A stretch of 45,983 bases of DNA from an uncultured bacterium (GTDB lineage Bacteria; Patescibacteriota; Minisyncoccia; Phycocordibacterales; GWA1-40-21): contig CAWJAN010000004.1 of the NCBI GenBank assembly GCA_963840885.1, positions 1 through 45,983 on the forward strand, in the 5' to 3' direction. Under the pieces are notes generated by a model. That model made no database searches and was not told where the DNA came from. It worked only from the letters and a program-made list of their open reading frames with translations. This document shows positions 17,071-33,725 of this stretch, in pieces. Both the position numbers and the translations under genes were made by a program. How positions within the stretch are numbered: position 1 is the first letter of the stretch; each line of letters starts with the position of its first letter.

Positions 17071-17871
17071 ATGCAGGAACAAAACAATAAATTTTCGATA
17101 CCGGCAGCCATAATTCTCGCGGGAATAATAATAGCTATCGGCATAATAATGGCCAATACCAAAACGGCAAGCGCCCCCGCAACGACTAATACGAATAATC
17201 AGGCATCGACGCTGATTTCTTTCAAGCCTATAACGAAAGACGACCATATAGTGGGCGATCTTGGAGCTCCAGTAACTATTCTGGAATATTCGGATACCGA
17301 ATGCCCTTTCTGCAAAGAATTCCAAAGCACGCTGGAAAATATAGTTTCCGACAGCACATATAACGGAAAAGTCGCCTGGGTCTACAGGTATTTCCCTATC
17401 GACCAGCTACACTCAAAAGCAAGGAATGAAGCGGAAGCGACTGAATGCGCGAATTCTCTCGGAGGAAATGACGTGTTCTGGAAATACATAGACGAAGTAT
17501 TCACGACTACGAATTCAAACAACTCTCTCGATCCTGCCGAACTTCCTATAATCGCGAAAGATGTCGGGCTCGATGTGTCCGCATTCAATAGCTGCCTGGC
17601 CAGCAACAAGTTTGCATCTTTAATAGAATCCGAAGTTGAAGAGGCTCAGGCGGCAGGAGCGCAAGGCACGCCGTTTTCACTGCTTGTCCCTAAAACCCCG
17701 CTTACCCAAAGCCAAGTCGATTCAATAAATAATTTTGTAACGACAAACAACCTTATAGACCAGACCGGCAGCCCTTATATATGGATTTCAAGCGACAATA
17801 AGGCTGTTGCCATGAACGGAGACATGCCGAAGCAGATAGTCACGGCGCTTCTCGATATCATGCTCAAATAA
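17071..17871 (+). CDS. Membrane-anchored DsbA/BdbD-like thioredoxin-fold oxidoreductase
   Basis: EYSDTECPFC active site, GTP cis-Pro loop, N-terminal TM helix. Confidence 0.9.
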   Translation: MQEQNNKFSIPAAIILAGIIIAIGIIMANTKTASAPATTNTNNQASTLISFKPITKDDHIVGDLGAPVTILEYSDTECPFCKEFQSTLENIVSDSTYNGKVAWVYRYFPIDQLHSKARNEAEATECANSLGGNDVFWKYIDEVFTTTNSNNSLDPAELPIIAKDVGLDVSAFNSCLASNKFASLIESEVEEAQAAGAQGTPFSLLVPKTPLTQSQVDSINNFVTTNNLIDQTGSPYIWISSDNKAVAMNGDMPKQIVTALLDIMLK

Positions 17872-17889
17872 CAAAAAAAATAATTCAAT

Positions 17890-17921
17890 AAAAAGGCGGG
17901 CGCTAAAGCGCCCGCCTTTTT
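17890..17921. terminator. Bidirectional terminator
   Basis: AAAAAGGCGGGCGCT / AGCGCCCGCCTTTTT between convergent genes. Confidence 0.88.
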
Positions 17922-20900
17922 ATATTTTTTCTTTAATCAGATCTTCTTCAAACTCCTTCTCGCCTTTTAAATCCTTTGAATATTTGCTTATATCCGGAAA
18001 ATCCAGATTCATTATCTTTTTATAAACGGCTCCTATGAGCTTTTCCAATCTTTCGGCCCTTTCTTTGCTGATATCCAGATCAAGGGTTATTATCTTTCCG
18101 TCGCTTGCTCTTGGCTCCACAAATTCAAGGACTCCTTTTTCCACTTTCTTTTTCCCGCCGAATTCACGTGAATTTTCCAGCAAAATCTTGTAAAAAATAA
18201 GCTGCCTTTCGTAGTCATGAGACTTTTCAGAACCGTCAAAATCGTCGAGCGGCTTTCCAGTCTTGTAATCATGAACCTCGGCTTCGTCGCCGGAAAACGC
18301 CGCTATGCGGTCTATTTTGCCGCTTAGATGAGCGCCGTTTACCACGACGCCCTGGTCTTTAAAATTGAATTCTACCAGGTCGCTTTGCTTGAACGAATCC
18401 TTCTTTTCTTTTAGAAATGCGGAAATCGCTTCTTTTCCCCTCTCTTCATATTGCATAAAATCAAATGGCGGCATTTTTTCTTTCTTCAGGAATACCGAGA
18501 ACCAGCCCAGAACAGTTTCCGTACCGGGAATTTTCCCTTCTTTTTTGAAATGCAAAATCAGCTTTTCCAAAGTATTGTGTATGGCCGAGCCGTAGGAGCC
18601 GGACAAAGTTTTAGACTGCGGAAAACGCAGAAGGTTCTGTTCCAAAAAATATTGAGGGCCTCCTTTTGCTACATTCAGAAAATTATTCAAGTGAGTTACC
18701 GGCATCTTGTATTCATAAAGCAGCGTCTCAAGAAGCTTCTTCTCCGAGCCCTGAAACGGCGTTGTCCTGTAATCAAGCCAGGATGAAGTGAGGACTTCGT
18801 GCTGTTCCGGAACGATCTCGTCTTTGCCTGCAGCATCGGCGAAATAAAGTTTCCTGACCGCATCGCTTTCCATAGAATCTTTGTCGGATTCGGAAACCAT
18901 GAATCTAAGCTTTTTAGCTTCTTTTCCGCCTTCCTCGGCATTATATGAAGTCAGATACAAAAGGCGCTTAGCGCGCGTTATTGCCACGTAAAAGAGCCTT
19001 AGCTGATCGTCATCGGTATCTCCTGCCGGCTCGATCGGCAAATTTGCCGGCAATGTTATTTTTGAAGCGATCTTTCTTCCGGCCCAGATATCATCCTGAC
19101 AGGAAAGTATAAAAACCGTTTCAAATTCTAATCCTTTGGCTTTGTGAGCTGTCAGCAAGTTTACCGCTCCTCCAAGTTTGGCAAATGGGCTCTGGTCATT
19201 CAGCGAAAGGTTGTTTTTTTCATGAAGCTCCACGAATTCCACAAGATCTTTCAAAGACAGGACTTCCCCGCTCTTATATTCGCGGAGCGCGTTTACGAAA
19301 ACCCTGAGGCTTGAAAGGAACGAGAGATACTCCGCGCGGGAATGCTCGAATTTTTCCTTACTGAAATAAAATTCCTTGAACGGGCTGGAAAAATCTTTTT
19401 TGCTTTTTTTCGGGCCAGCCTCTTCATCGTCGTCTTCGTTTTCCGCTGATAGCTCCACATGAGCGCCGATTATGTTGTCCAAGACTTTTTCAAGCGGTTC
19501 GCTTTCCGCTCTTATACCAAGATTTATGAGGAAACCGGCAATATTTTTTATATTTTTATCCGATGATTCTTTCATCACTTCTAGCCAATTTTTTGAGAAT
19601 TCACCCTTTCTTGCAGCAATGGAAATTTTCCAAACTTCCTCGCGTTCAAGATCCCAGAAGGGAAAACTCAGTATTTCTGGCAGATATTCGTCAGCTTCGT
19701 CGTGATCCTTGTCGGCAAGAGTAGTCAAAAATCTTGATATGGTTATTATCTGCCTGACATGCGGTTCTTTAAGCACATCCTGTTCCCTTTCGTATTTTAT
19801 ATTTTCCACTCCAGCACCCTTGAGATATGGCACAAGCGCTTCAAGCTGCCTGTGTTTTCTGCCAATCACCGCTATTTCCTCAGGATTCATTCCGCCGTCT
19901 ATAAGTTTTTTTATTTCTCTCGAGACAAAATGATACTCGTGCGCGATAGTCTGAAATTCCTTATGCTTTATTTCGCCTTTCTTTATTTTTTCGTTCGATG
20001 CTTTAAGCACTTTTTCTATATACGGCAGAATCTTCTCCAGCCTCTCCTGCCCTTTTTTAATTATGTGTGATGCAATATCCAAAATTTCCTGAGTGGAACG
20101 GTAATTTTTTGTCATCGTTATGATCTCCACGTCGTTGAACATATTTTTAAAGTTGAGAATATTGGAAAGCTCGGCTCCTTGGAATTTATAAACCGCCTGG
20201 TCATCGTCTCCCACTGCCATGATATTCGGGCGGCCCTCATGGACTGGTGCATCGCATATCAGCTTGATTAAGCGCATCTGGGCGTCGTTAGTATCCTGGA
20301 ATTCGTCCACCAAAACATACTGGTATTGCTCTTGAATCTCGTATCGAAGCGACGGATTTTTCAGGAGCACATGCAAGCAATCTAGAATCATGTCGTCAAA
20401 ATCGTAATATCCTTCGTCCTGCATGATTTTTCTGTAAGAAGCATAGATGCCGGCAAGTGCCGAAAGCTTCTCGGTATTTTTCAAATCACGGAAAACACTT
20501 TTCCCTTCATCGTCCTTTTTCATCCATTTGCTTTTCCATTCGGTAAGCAGCTTGCTGTTTTCGGTTTCTGCGGATGCATCAAGGGTTTTTTTAAGCGTAT
20601 CGAATATGGCGAGCGCAACATTCCTGAAATACGGCGATGGAAATTCTTTCTGCGCCTTCTCTCCTATAACGGCAAGTTTTTGATGAGCTGTCACCGCTTT
20701 AGAGTATGTTTCTTTTGAAATTCTGTCCGCGAAAACTCCCTGAAGGATTTTATTTGCTTCCGGCAGAAGCTCTTCGTTATTTTCCAATATTTTTTTGAAT
20801 TCTTCCGGATCAATGCCGGCTTTTTTCAAATAGCTTATAACCTTTAGCGTATCGGCAAGATATACGAAGCCCTGCTCCGGATGAACTGAACGAAGAGGAT

Positions 20901-21300
20901 TTTTTTGCGGAAGTTTTTCAAAAATATCCTGCATCACTTCGATCTGCTTGAGATTGTCTGCTGAGGAAAAAAGAGCACCGCCATAAAAAAATTCCGGATA
21001 TTTCTGTATGATTTCCACGCAAAAACTGTGGAAAGTATGTATGGCCACGTGATACGCTTCCGAGCCGATAAGACCGGCAAGGCGGTTTCGCATATTGGCG
21101 CTCGCCGAATCCGTAAATGTAAGGCAAAGGATATTTGAAGCAAAAATCTGCGATTCCTTGAGAATTTTTCCGATTCGAAGGCTTAATATTTCGGTTTTTC
21201 CCGAGCCGGGACCAGCAATGACAAGAAGCGGGCCGTCTATCGTATCCACCGCCATTTTCTGCTCGGTATTGAGTCCTTTGTATCGCTCCTCGAAAGTCAT
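17920..21300 (-). CDS. UvrD/AddA-like SF1 helicase fused to a C-terminal PD-(D/E)XK (RecB-like) nuclease
   Basis: AGPGSGKT, VDEFQD, VGDDDQAVY, NYRS, TAHKAKGLEF, YVAITRAK; nuclease GKIDRI...DYKTG...QLIFY. Confidence 0.92.
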   Translation of the reverse strand: MTFEERYKGLNTEQKMAVDTIDGPLLVIAGPGSGKTEILSLRIGKILKESQIFASNILCLTFTDSASANMRNRLAGLIGSEAYHVAIHTFHSFCVEIIQKYPEFFYGGALFSSADNLKQIEVMQDIFEKLPQKNPLRSVHPEQGFVYLADTLKVISYLKKAGIDPEEFKKILENNEELLPEANKILQGVFADRISKETYSKAVTAHQKLAVIGEKAQKEFPSPYFRNVALAIFDTLKKTLDASAETENSKLLTEWKSKWMKKDDEGKSVFRDLKNTEKLSALAGIYASYRKIMQDEGYYDFDDMILDCLHVLLKNPSLRYEIQEQYQYVLVDEFQDTNDAQMRLIKLICDAPVHEGRPNIMAVGDDDQAVYKFQGAELSNILNFKNMFNDVEIITMTKNYRSTQEILDIASHIIKKGQERLEKILPYIEKVLKASNEKIKKGEIKHKEFQTIAHEYHFVSREIKKLIDGGMNPEEIAVIGRKHRQLEALVPYLKGAGVENIKYEREQDVLKEPHVRQIITISRFLTTLADKDHDEADEYLPEILSFPFWDLEREEVWKISIAARKGEFSKNWLEVMKESSDKNIKNIAGFLINLGIRAESEPLEKVLDNIIGAHVELSAENEDDDEEAGPKKSKKDFSSPFKEFYFSKEKFEHSRAEYLSFLSSLRVFVNALREYKSGEVLSLKDLVEFVELHEKNNLSLNDQSPFAKLGGAVNLLTAHKAKGLEFETVFILSCQDDIWAGRKIASKITLPANLPIEPAGDTDDDQLRLFYVAITRAKRLLYLTSYNAEEGGKEAKKLRFMVSESDKDSMESDAVRKLYFADAAGKDEIVPEQHEVLTSSWLDYRTTPFQGSEKKLLETLLYEYKMPVTHLNNFLNVAKGGPQYFLEQNLLRFPQSKTLSGSYGSAIHNTLEKLILHFKKEGKIPGTETVLGWFSVFLKKEKMPPFDFMQYEERGKEAISAFLKEKKDSFKQSDLVEFNFKDQGVVVNGAHLSGKIDRIAAFSGDEAEVHDYKTGKPLDDFDGSEKSHDYERQLIFYKILLENSREFGGKKKVEKGVLEFVEPRASDGKIITLDLDISKERAERLEKLIGAVYKKIMNLDFPDISKYSKDLKGEKEFEEDLIKEKI

Positions 21301-21316
21301 GAGGACATTTTAGCAT

Positions 21317-21358
21317 AATAAAATAGGATTCCAGATTTGGCTGGAATCCTATTTTATT
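21317..21358 (-). terminator. Terminator after rpoD
   Basis: 18-bp inverted repeat AATAAAATAGGATTCCAG / CTGGAATCCTATTTTATT. Confidence 0.85.
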
Positions 21359-22543
21359 TTAATAACTCTGCAGCTTGCTTATCTTTTCATGCTGTCTTAT
21401 CTTCTCATGAGCTTTGGCTTCGATCTGACGGATACGTTCACGAGTGACGCCGAATTCAAGGCCGACTTCTTCAAGCGTGTGTGTTACGCCGTCAGTGAGT
21501 CCGTGCCTCATTTCAAGAATCTTTCTCTCTTTTGGCGAAAGGTCCCCGAGAATCTCTTTGACCTGATCTGCCAGAATCCTTCTTGAAGATTCCTGGTCCG
21601 GCGAAAGGATGGAATCGTCTTTGACGAAATCTCCAAGCGTGGACTTTCCGTCATCATCATCTCCGACTGGCGATTCAAGCGACATGGTATCCTGATCGAT
21701 CTTTTCAATCATATAAATCTTGTCTACATCGAGACCCATTTCGGTGGCAATCTCGTCCGGCAATGGTTCTCTTCCCAAATCCTGTGAAAGCCTCCTGTAG
21801 ACCTGCTTATATTTTGCGATAGTTTCAACCATGTGGACAGGAACGCGGATAGTGCGCGACTGATCGGCAAGAGCTCTTGTGATGGCCTGGCGTATCCACC
21901 ATGTAGCATAAGTCGAAAATTTGAAACCTTTGGTCCAGTCGAATTTTTCCACGGCTTTAAAAAGTCCGAGGTTTCCTTCCTGGATTAGATCAAGAAGAGT
22001 GAGATCGGCGCTTCGTCCGACATATTTTTTGGCAATAGAAACTACGAGACGAAGGTTGGCTTTTACGAGAAGGCCTTTTGCTTCATCGTCTCCGGCGATT
22101 ATTTTTCTGGCAAGTTCTTTTTCCATTGCGGCGCTGATGAGCGGATATTGTCCGATTTCTTTAAGATATATCTGGATGGAATCATACGCGGCATCGGGAG
22201 AGCGTCCGCCATAAGCGTATTTTTTCACTTCCTCTTCCTTGGTTTCAAGAAGACCTCCGCCTTCGAGAACATCAAGGCCGGCAGCCGAAAGCCTTCCGTA
22301 GAAATCGTCCAGGAAGAAAACATCGCTCTCGATATTCGGGAATTCCTTGAGTATTTCGTCGTATGTGACGAATCCCCTTTCCTTGCCCTTGGCTATAAGC
22401 TTGTCGGCCTTATGCTCAAGATCCTTTCTTCTTGCGGAAACTTTTTCCGGCTTTTTTGCCGAAGCTTTTTTCATTTTCGGCTTTTTGGCTGTTTTTTTCT
22501 TGATTACCTTGCCCTTTTTTATTTTTTTCGACTTTTTCGCCAT
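21359..22543 (-). CDS. rpoD: Primary RNA polymerase sigma factor (sigma70)
   Basis: [46 protein letters not shown]...[10 protein letters not shown]; K-rich N-terminus. Confidence 0.97.
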   Translation of the reverse strand: MAKKSKKIKKGKVIKKKTAKKPKMKKASAKKPEKVSARRKDLEHKADKLIAKGKERGFVTYDEILKEFPNIESDVFFLDDFYGRLSAAGLDVLEGGGLLETKEEEVKKYAYGGRSPDAAYDSIQIYLKEIGQYPLISAAMEKELARKIIAGDDEAKGLLVKANLRLVVSIAKKYVGRSADLTLLDLIQEGNLGLFKAVEKFDWTKGFKFSTYATWWIRQAITRALADQSRTIRVPVHMVETIAKYKQVYRRLSQDLGREPLPDEIATEMGLDVDKIYMIEKIDQDTMSLESPVGDDDDGKSTLGDFVKDDSILSPDQESSRRILADQVKEILGDLSPKERKILEMRHGLTDGVTHTLEEVGLEFGVTRERIRQIEAKAHEKIRQHEKISKLQSY

Positions 22544-22587
22544 ATTGTTTTTTATTAAAATTAAACTAATAAATTTATAAATTTTTC

Positions 22588-24315
22588 TTATAATGCCAGG
22601 TTTCTTTTTTCCTTCTTCATATCCTCTATCCTCCTCGATATTTCCATGTGCCGCACGAGCAGAGATTTTTTCCTGTCCTCGTCTTTTTCCTTGGCTATCT
22701 CCATCGCCAGGCTTACGGCTTCTTTCTTCAGGTAATCTTCGCTTACCGATGCCAGAAGATATCTTATTTCCTTTTCCAGCTTATTTTCGTCGAAATCTCC
22801 GTAATATGATTCTGCCTCGTATGCAAGCCCGTTTTCCTTCTCCGCTTCTTCCTCGAATCTTTTGAAGTTATCTCCGAGAATTGTCTTTATCTTTTCCCTG
22901 AGGCCGGCCGTATCTACCGTCTTTTCTTTCTGATTTTCCTGCCAGATGAGTATTGCGGCCAGGCTTCTTTCTTCTGATCCCTTCTTCAGGATTTCCGAGC
23001 CGATGCTCTGCTCTATGGCATTATCGTCTCCGCTTTTTTCTATTTCGAATTCTTCATTGAGCTTTATCTTTTTCAGGTCATCCCAGATAAAATCTTCCTT
23101 TACTCCTATTATTTCCGAGATCTTCGATATGTAAGATGACTGCTCTGCACTTGAATCAAGTATGTAGATGTACGGAAGGATTTTCGTCTTTATGGCCGTC
23201 CAGAGTTTTTTCTTGTCGGTGATTTCCGATGTAATCCTGTTTAAGAGGAATTCTATCAGGTGCTTGGAATTTTTAAGGACCGTTTTGAATTTCTCCTTGT
23301 CCTTGAGTATGAGGTCCGCCGGGTCGTATCCAGCCGGAATCTCGGCAATCTTCACGTCCATTCCGCAAGAAAGCGCCAGTGCCCAGGCCCGCTCGGCTGC
23401 TTTTGCTCCGGCATTGTCGGAATCGAATGACATTATTATCTTGTTCGAAATCCTTTTAAGCAGCGACAGATGGTCTTTTGTAAGCGCCGTTCCGCTTGAT
23501 GCCACGGTGTTCGTAAAGCCGGCCTGATGGCACATTATTATGTCCATCTGCCCTTCGACAAGAATCGAGAAATCGAATTTTCTTATGGATTGTTTGGCCT
23601 TGTCGTAGCCGTAAAGTATCTTTGATTTGTCGAAGAGCTCGGTCTGCGGGCTGTTCAGATATTTCGCTGCTTCGCTGTCTTTGTGAAGTATCCTTCCAGA
23701 ATATGCCACTACTCTGCCCGCGCCGTCCGCAATCGGAAACATTATCCTTCCCCTGAACCTGTCGTAAGTGTGGCCATTCTCAGTCTTTATCATTCCGGAG
23801 CGCTCCATCTCGCTTTCAGTGAATCCTTTGGATTTCAAATGGTCCAAAATGTCTCGCCACTCGTCTCTCACGTAGCCTATGCGCCAATCTTTTATGGTTT
23901 TTTCCGTAAGCCCCCTGTTCTTCAGATATTCAAGCGGGATTTCTTCTTTTTGAAGATTTTTTTCGTAAAAATTAGTTGCTTCTTCAAGAAGAATATAGAG
24001 CCTCTCCTTTTTGTCTGTAGTCCTCTGAGAGAATTTTTCAAGAACGACTCCCGTCCTGTCAGCAAGAACTTTCAGCGCTCCGGGAAAATCAAGGTTTTCG
24101 AATTGCTCTATGAAAGTAAAAACGTCGCCCTTTGCTCCGCAGCCGAAGCAGTAATAGCTTCCTCTTTCCGGCGAGACGAAAAACGATGGCGTCTTTTCAT
24201 TGTGAAAAGGGCACCTTGCCTTTAAGCTTGCGCCTGCTCTTTCAAGCTTTATATAAGAGCCGACGAGGTCTTCTATCTTTAATCTTTCTTTAATTTGTTC
24301 TACGGAAGATGACAT
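22588..24315 (-). CDS. dnaG: DNA primase
   Basis: [11 protein letters not shown]...CFGC zinc domain, [30 protein letters not shown]; ATG at 24315. Confidence 0.97.
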   Translation of the reverse strand: MSSSVEQIKERLKIEDLVGSYIKLERAGASLKARCPFHNEKTPSFFVSPERGSYYCFGCGAKGDVFTFIEQFENLDFPGALKVLADRTGVVLEKFSQRTTDKKERLYILLEEATNFYEKNLQKEEIPLEYLKNRGLTEKTIKDWRIGYVRDEWRDILDHLKSKGFTESEMERSGMIKTENGHTYDRFRGRIMFPIADGAGRVVAYSGRILHKDSEAAKYLNSPQTELFDKSKILYGYDKAKQSIRKFDFSILVEGQMDIIMCHQAGFTNTVASSGTALTKDHLSLLKRISNKIIMSFDSDNAGAKAAERAWALALSCGMDVKIAEIPAGYDPADLILKDKEKFKTVLKNSKHLIEFLLNRITSEITDKKKLWTAIKTKILPYIYILDSSAEQSSYISKISEIIGVKEDFIWDDLKKIKLNEEFEIEKSGDDNAIEQSIGSEILKKGSEERSLAAILIWQENQKEKTVDTAGLREKIKTILGDNFKRFEEEAEKENGLAYEAESYYGDFDENKLEKEIRYLLASVSEDYLKKEAVSLAMEIAKEKDEDRKKSLLVRHMEISRRIEDMKKEKRNLAL

Positions 24316-24388
24316 ATTTTTATGGATTAAATCAAACCCAAAGCGAAACATCCAGCCTTAAGGGCAAAATATCCGCCGTCCTTCCCTA

Positions 24389-28077
<3,689 letters not shown>

Positions 28078-28109
28078 TTATCATATGTTTGTACTTAGTT
28101 GTATTATAT

Positions 28110-31368
<3,259 letters not shown>

Positions 31369-31594
31369 AGATTGTTTTCCAGTTCAAATGTCTAAAAACG
31401 CGACAAAAGATTGGGTTTTTAAAAGGTTTATTATTACTAAAATAATCCAAACAAGAAAAATAGACACCTCTCCCCTAAGGCCTCTTGAATCCTCTTTTAA
31501 ATTAGCTAATTTTGCTCAGCAAAATTCTGCAACTATATTATATTTTATAATGGCGCTTTCGCCCGAAACTCAATCTGTTTTAAAGCTTTTAAGA

Positions 31595-31640
31595 GTATAG
31601 CCGAGCGGGCTTTTAAAGTCAAATTCCGCTTTATCCACAG
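31595..31640 (-). promoter_or_regulatory. rpoBC promoter with an adjacent perfect DnaA box
   Basis: Minus strand TTGACT-N17-TATACT; TTATCCACA at 31631-31639. Confidence 0.65.
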
Positions 31641-31691
31641 CCTCACTGGGCCGCGGTAAATTGCCAAAAAACATGATATTATGTCTATATT

Positions 31692-31958
31692 ATGAACGAT
31701 TCAAATGAAAGCATGCTGCACAATAGCGGATTCGAGGAATCCCATTCTGGAGACAGCAACCGGGACGAAGTGGAAATAATGAGAAACCCCAAGGAAACAG
31801 CGGTTAGGGAGATAAATCGGCTATCTCTCGAAGAATGCGCATCGGACGACAAAGCTCTTGATGCCCTGGCTAAGATCATAGAAGATATAAACGGCAACGC
31901 CATATTGCCGGAAGAAGGCTTGAAGAAAGCCAAAGAAATTGCTAACAGCTTAAAATAA
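31692..31958 (+). CDS. Acidic hypothetical protein
   Basis: 88-aa ORF with TGATATTAT upstream and a terminator right after the stop. Confidence 0.7.
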   Translation: MNDSNESMLHNSGFEESHSGDSNRDEVEIMRNPKETAVREINRLSLEECASDDKALDALAKIIEDINGNAILPEEGLKKAKEIANSLK

Positions 31959-31988
31959 AAAACAGCGCCCGTAAGGGCGCTGTTTTTT
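31957..31988. terminator. Bidirectional terminator
   Basis: AAAAAACAGCGCCC-GTAA-GGGCGCTGTTTTTT. Confidence 0.88.
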
Positions 31989-31997
31989 ATGATTGAT

Positions 31998-32249
31998 TTA
32001 GGAGAGATGCTTTGAAACGAGCTTTGTCATTTCAAACATGTTTACTTCAGCTTTTCCGCCGAAAACTTTCTTCAAATTCTCATCGGCTTTGATATTTCTC
32101 TTATTTGCCGGATCCTGGAGATTTCTTTCTTTTATATAGGCCCAGAGTTTCTTTACAACTTCCGCTCTTGCCATTGGTCCGTTTCCGACAACCTTAGCTA
32201 AATCGGCGCTGACATTCATAGGCTTCATTAATGCTGATCCTTTTGCCAT
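31998..32249 (-). CDS. Standalone SWIB/MDM2 domain protein
   Basis: SADLAKVVG...RAEVVKKLWAYIKERNLQDPANKRNIKADENLKKVFG...MFEMTKLVSKHL. Confidence 0.93.
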   Translation of the reverse strand: MAKGSALMKPMNVSADLAKVVGNGPMARAEVVKKLWAYIKERNLQDPANKRNIKADENLKKVFGGKAEVNMFEMTKLVSKHLS

Positions 32250-32374
32250 ATTTTTTGATGTTTCGCCGAATTATTGTTTATCCGGCTGAAAAATTATTGA
32301 CTATTAACTAATAAACTAGGACAGGCCATATTATAGCATATATGGTTCCCTTGGGGAAAAGCTTTTCCACAGGG

Positions 32375-33373
32375 CTATTTGCTGCCAAAAGTTCCGGCGA
32401 TCTGGTCCATTATGCTATCCATATCGAAAGAACTCCTCTCTTTAAGGCATTCGGACTGCTCCGGATCGCTATAATTGTAGCACTGCACGAATCTTAAAGT
32501 GAAAGTAAGCGTAGCTGTCTCATTACCATACGGAAAAGCATAGGCGTATGTGGTATAAACGCTTCCTGCAGCACCTTCGCTTTCTTTGGTAACGCAATAC
32601 GGATTGCTGTTTATCATCTCGGACTGCGTCTGTCCGTTTTGCATAATCTCCGAGCCTCCTTCCTTGCAGGAAAATGGCTGGTATGAAATCTGCACCGTGG
32701 GCGGCCAATAGGTGGTGTGTATGTATTTTGTCCCCAAATCAGCCGGATACATGAAAGCTGTGGATGTGGTGGCATCGTCGTTTTCTATCCAGCTTTGCGG
32801 CGTAGCGCAAGAAGCAAACTCGCATCTCGGCAATATTCTCCCGGTCGTCGAGCCGTTTAAGCATACTTTTGCATCGCTTGCGCATACCGGAATACCGGAA
32901 AGCTGCCAGATGGAATAATTCAGGCATCCTGCAAAAACAACCCATATAAGATACGGGAAAAGAAGCCATGCTGCGGCATTGGATACTTTCTCAAAATAAA
33001 AAATCGTGGCGAGGATAAAAAATAGAAGGAATAAAAGCTCGAAAAATGCCAAGCCGGGATTTTTCAGTCCAAAAAATATCGGCGTCCAGATTGCGTTAAG
33101 TATAAGCTGGACCCAGAAAAATTTTAATGCATAAAGCCTCGCCTTCGGCTCGACATCCTTTTTCTGCCCAACAATATAAAACGCTATGCCCATCAGAGCG
33201 TAAAGAACAATCCAGACTGGGCCGAAAAGCCAATTAGGCGGAGCAAAGCTCGGCTTGGCAATATTCGCATACCAAGTTGAAATTGTGTTTCCGGTATAAG
33301 CCAGGCCGACAACTCCCGCGAGTTCGCAAATGAGGATTGAGAGAATTATTTTGATAGGTTTAGTTAATTTCAT
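32375..33373 (-). CDS. TspO/MBR tryptophan-rich sensory protein fused to a Cys-rich extracytoplasmic domain
   Basis: WYANIAKPSFAPPNWLFGPVW, LNAIWTPIFF, LLFPYLIWVVFA; then CASDAKVCLNGSTTGRILPRCEFASC and a further ~140 aa. Confidence 0.88.
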   Translation of the reverse strand: MKLTKPIKIILSILICELAGVVGLAYTGNTISTWYANIAKPSFAPPNWLFGPVWIVLYALMGIAFYIVGQKKDVEPKARLYALKFFWVQLILNAIWTPIFFGLKNPGLAFFELLFLLFFILATIFYFEKVSNAAAWLLFPYLIWVVFAGCLNYSIWQLSGIPVCASDAKVCLNGSTTGRILPRCEFASCATPQSWIENDDATTSTAFMYPADLGTKYIHTTYWPPTVQISYQPFSCKEGGSEIMQNGQTQSEMINSNPYCVTKESEGAAGSVYTTYAYAFPYGNETATLTFTLRFVQCYNYSDPEQSECLKERSSFDMDSIMDQIAGTFGSK

Positions 33374-33383
33374 AAAATTATAA

Positions 33384-33725
33384 TTAGAGACTGATACCGT
33401 GTCTTAAAGAAAATCCTACATATAGAAGTAAAATTAATATTATTAAAATGACAAATAAAAGAATTGCTACTGAAATATTGCGAGAAAATTTCTTATTGTA
33501 AATTAGTAATCCTATAACACCAACTATTTCAATAATTAATATTATAAAAGAATAAAATTGATTATCTAAAAAAAATTGTTGACTAATGAATCTATAAATT
33601 AAACTCGGAAAATTTTCTACTCCAAAAAAGAATGCTACTAACGATATGAGAGGAGAAAACAATATTTCAGGAATTAGAAATAAGCTCAATGAAATCCAAA
33701 ACCAAATTTTTTGTAATCGTGTCAT
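33384..33725 (-). CDS. Small multi-pass membrane protein, translationally coupled to the lipase gene
   Basis: Three to four hydrophobic segments; ATGA overlap with the upstream stop; very AT-rich. Confidence 0.75.
   Translation of the reverse strand: MTRLQKIWFWISLSLFLIPEILFSPLISLVAFFFGVENFPSLIYRFISQQFFLDNQFYSFIILIIEIVGVIGLLIYNKKFSRNISVAILLFVILIILILLLYVGFSLRHGISL

Noticed and set aside
17920-21300. Helicase-nuclease as an anti-phage defence system
   Set aside because: Architecture and housekeeping context fit an AddA/AdnB-like repair enzyme; no partner defence genes adjacent
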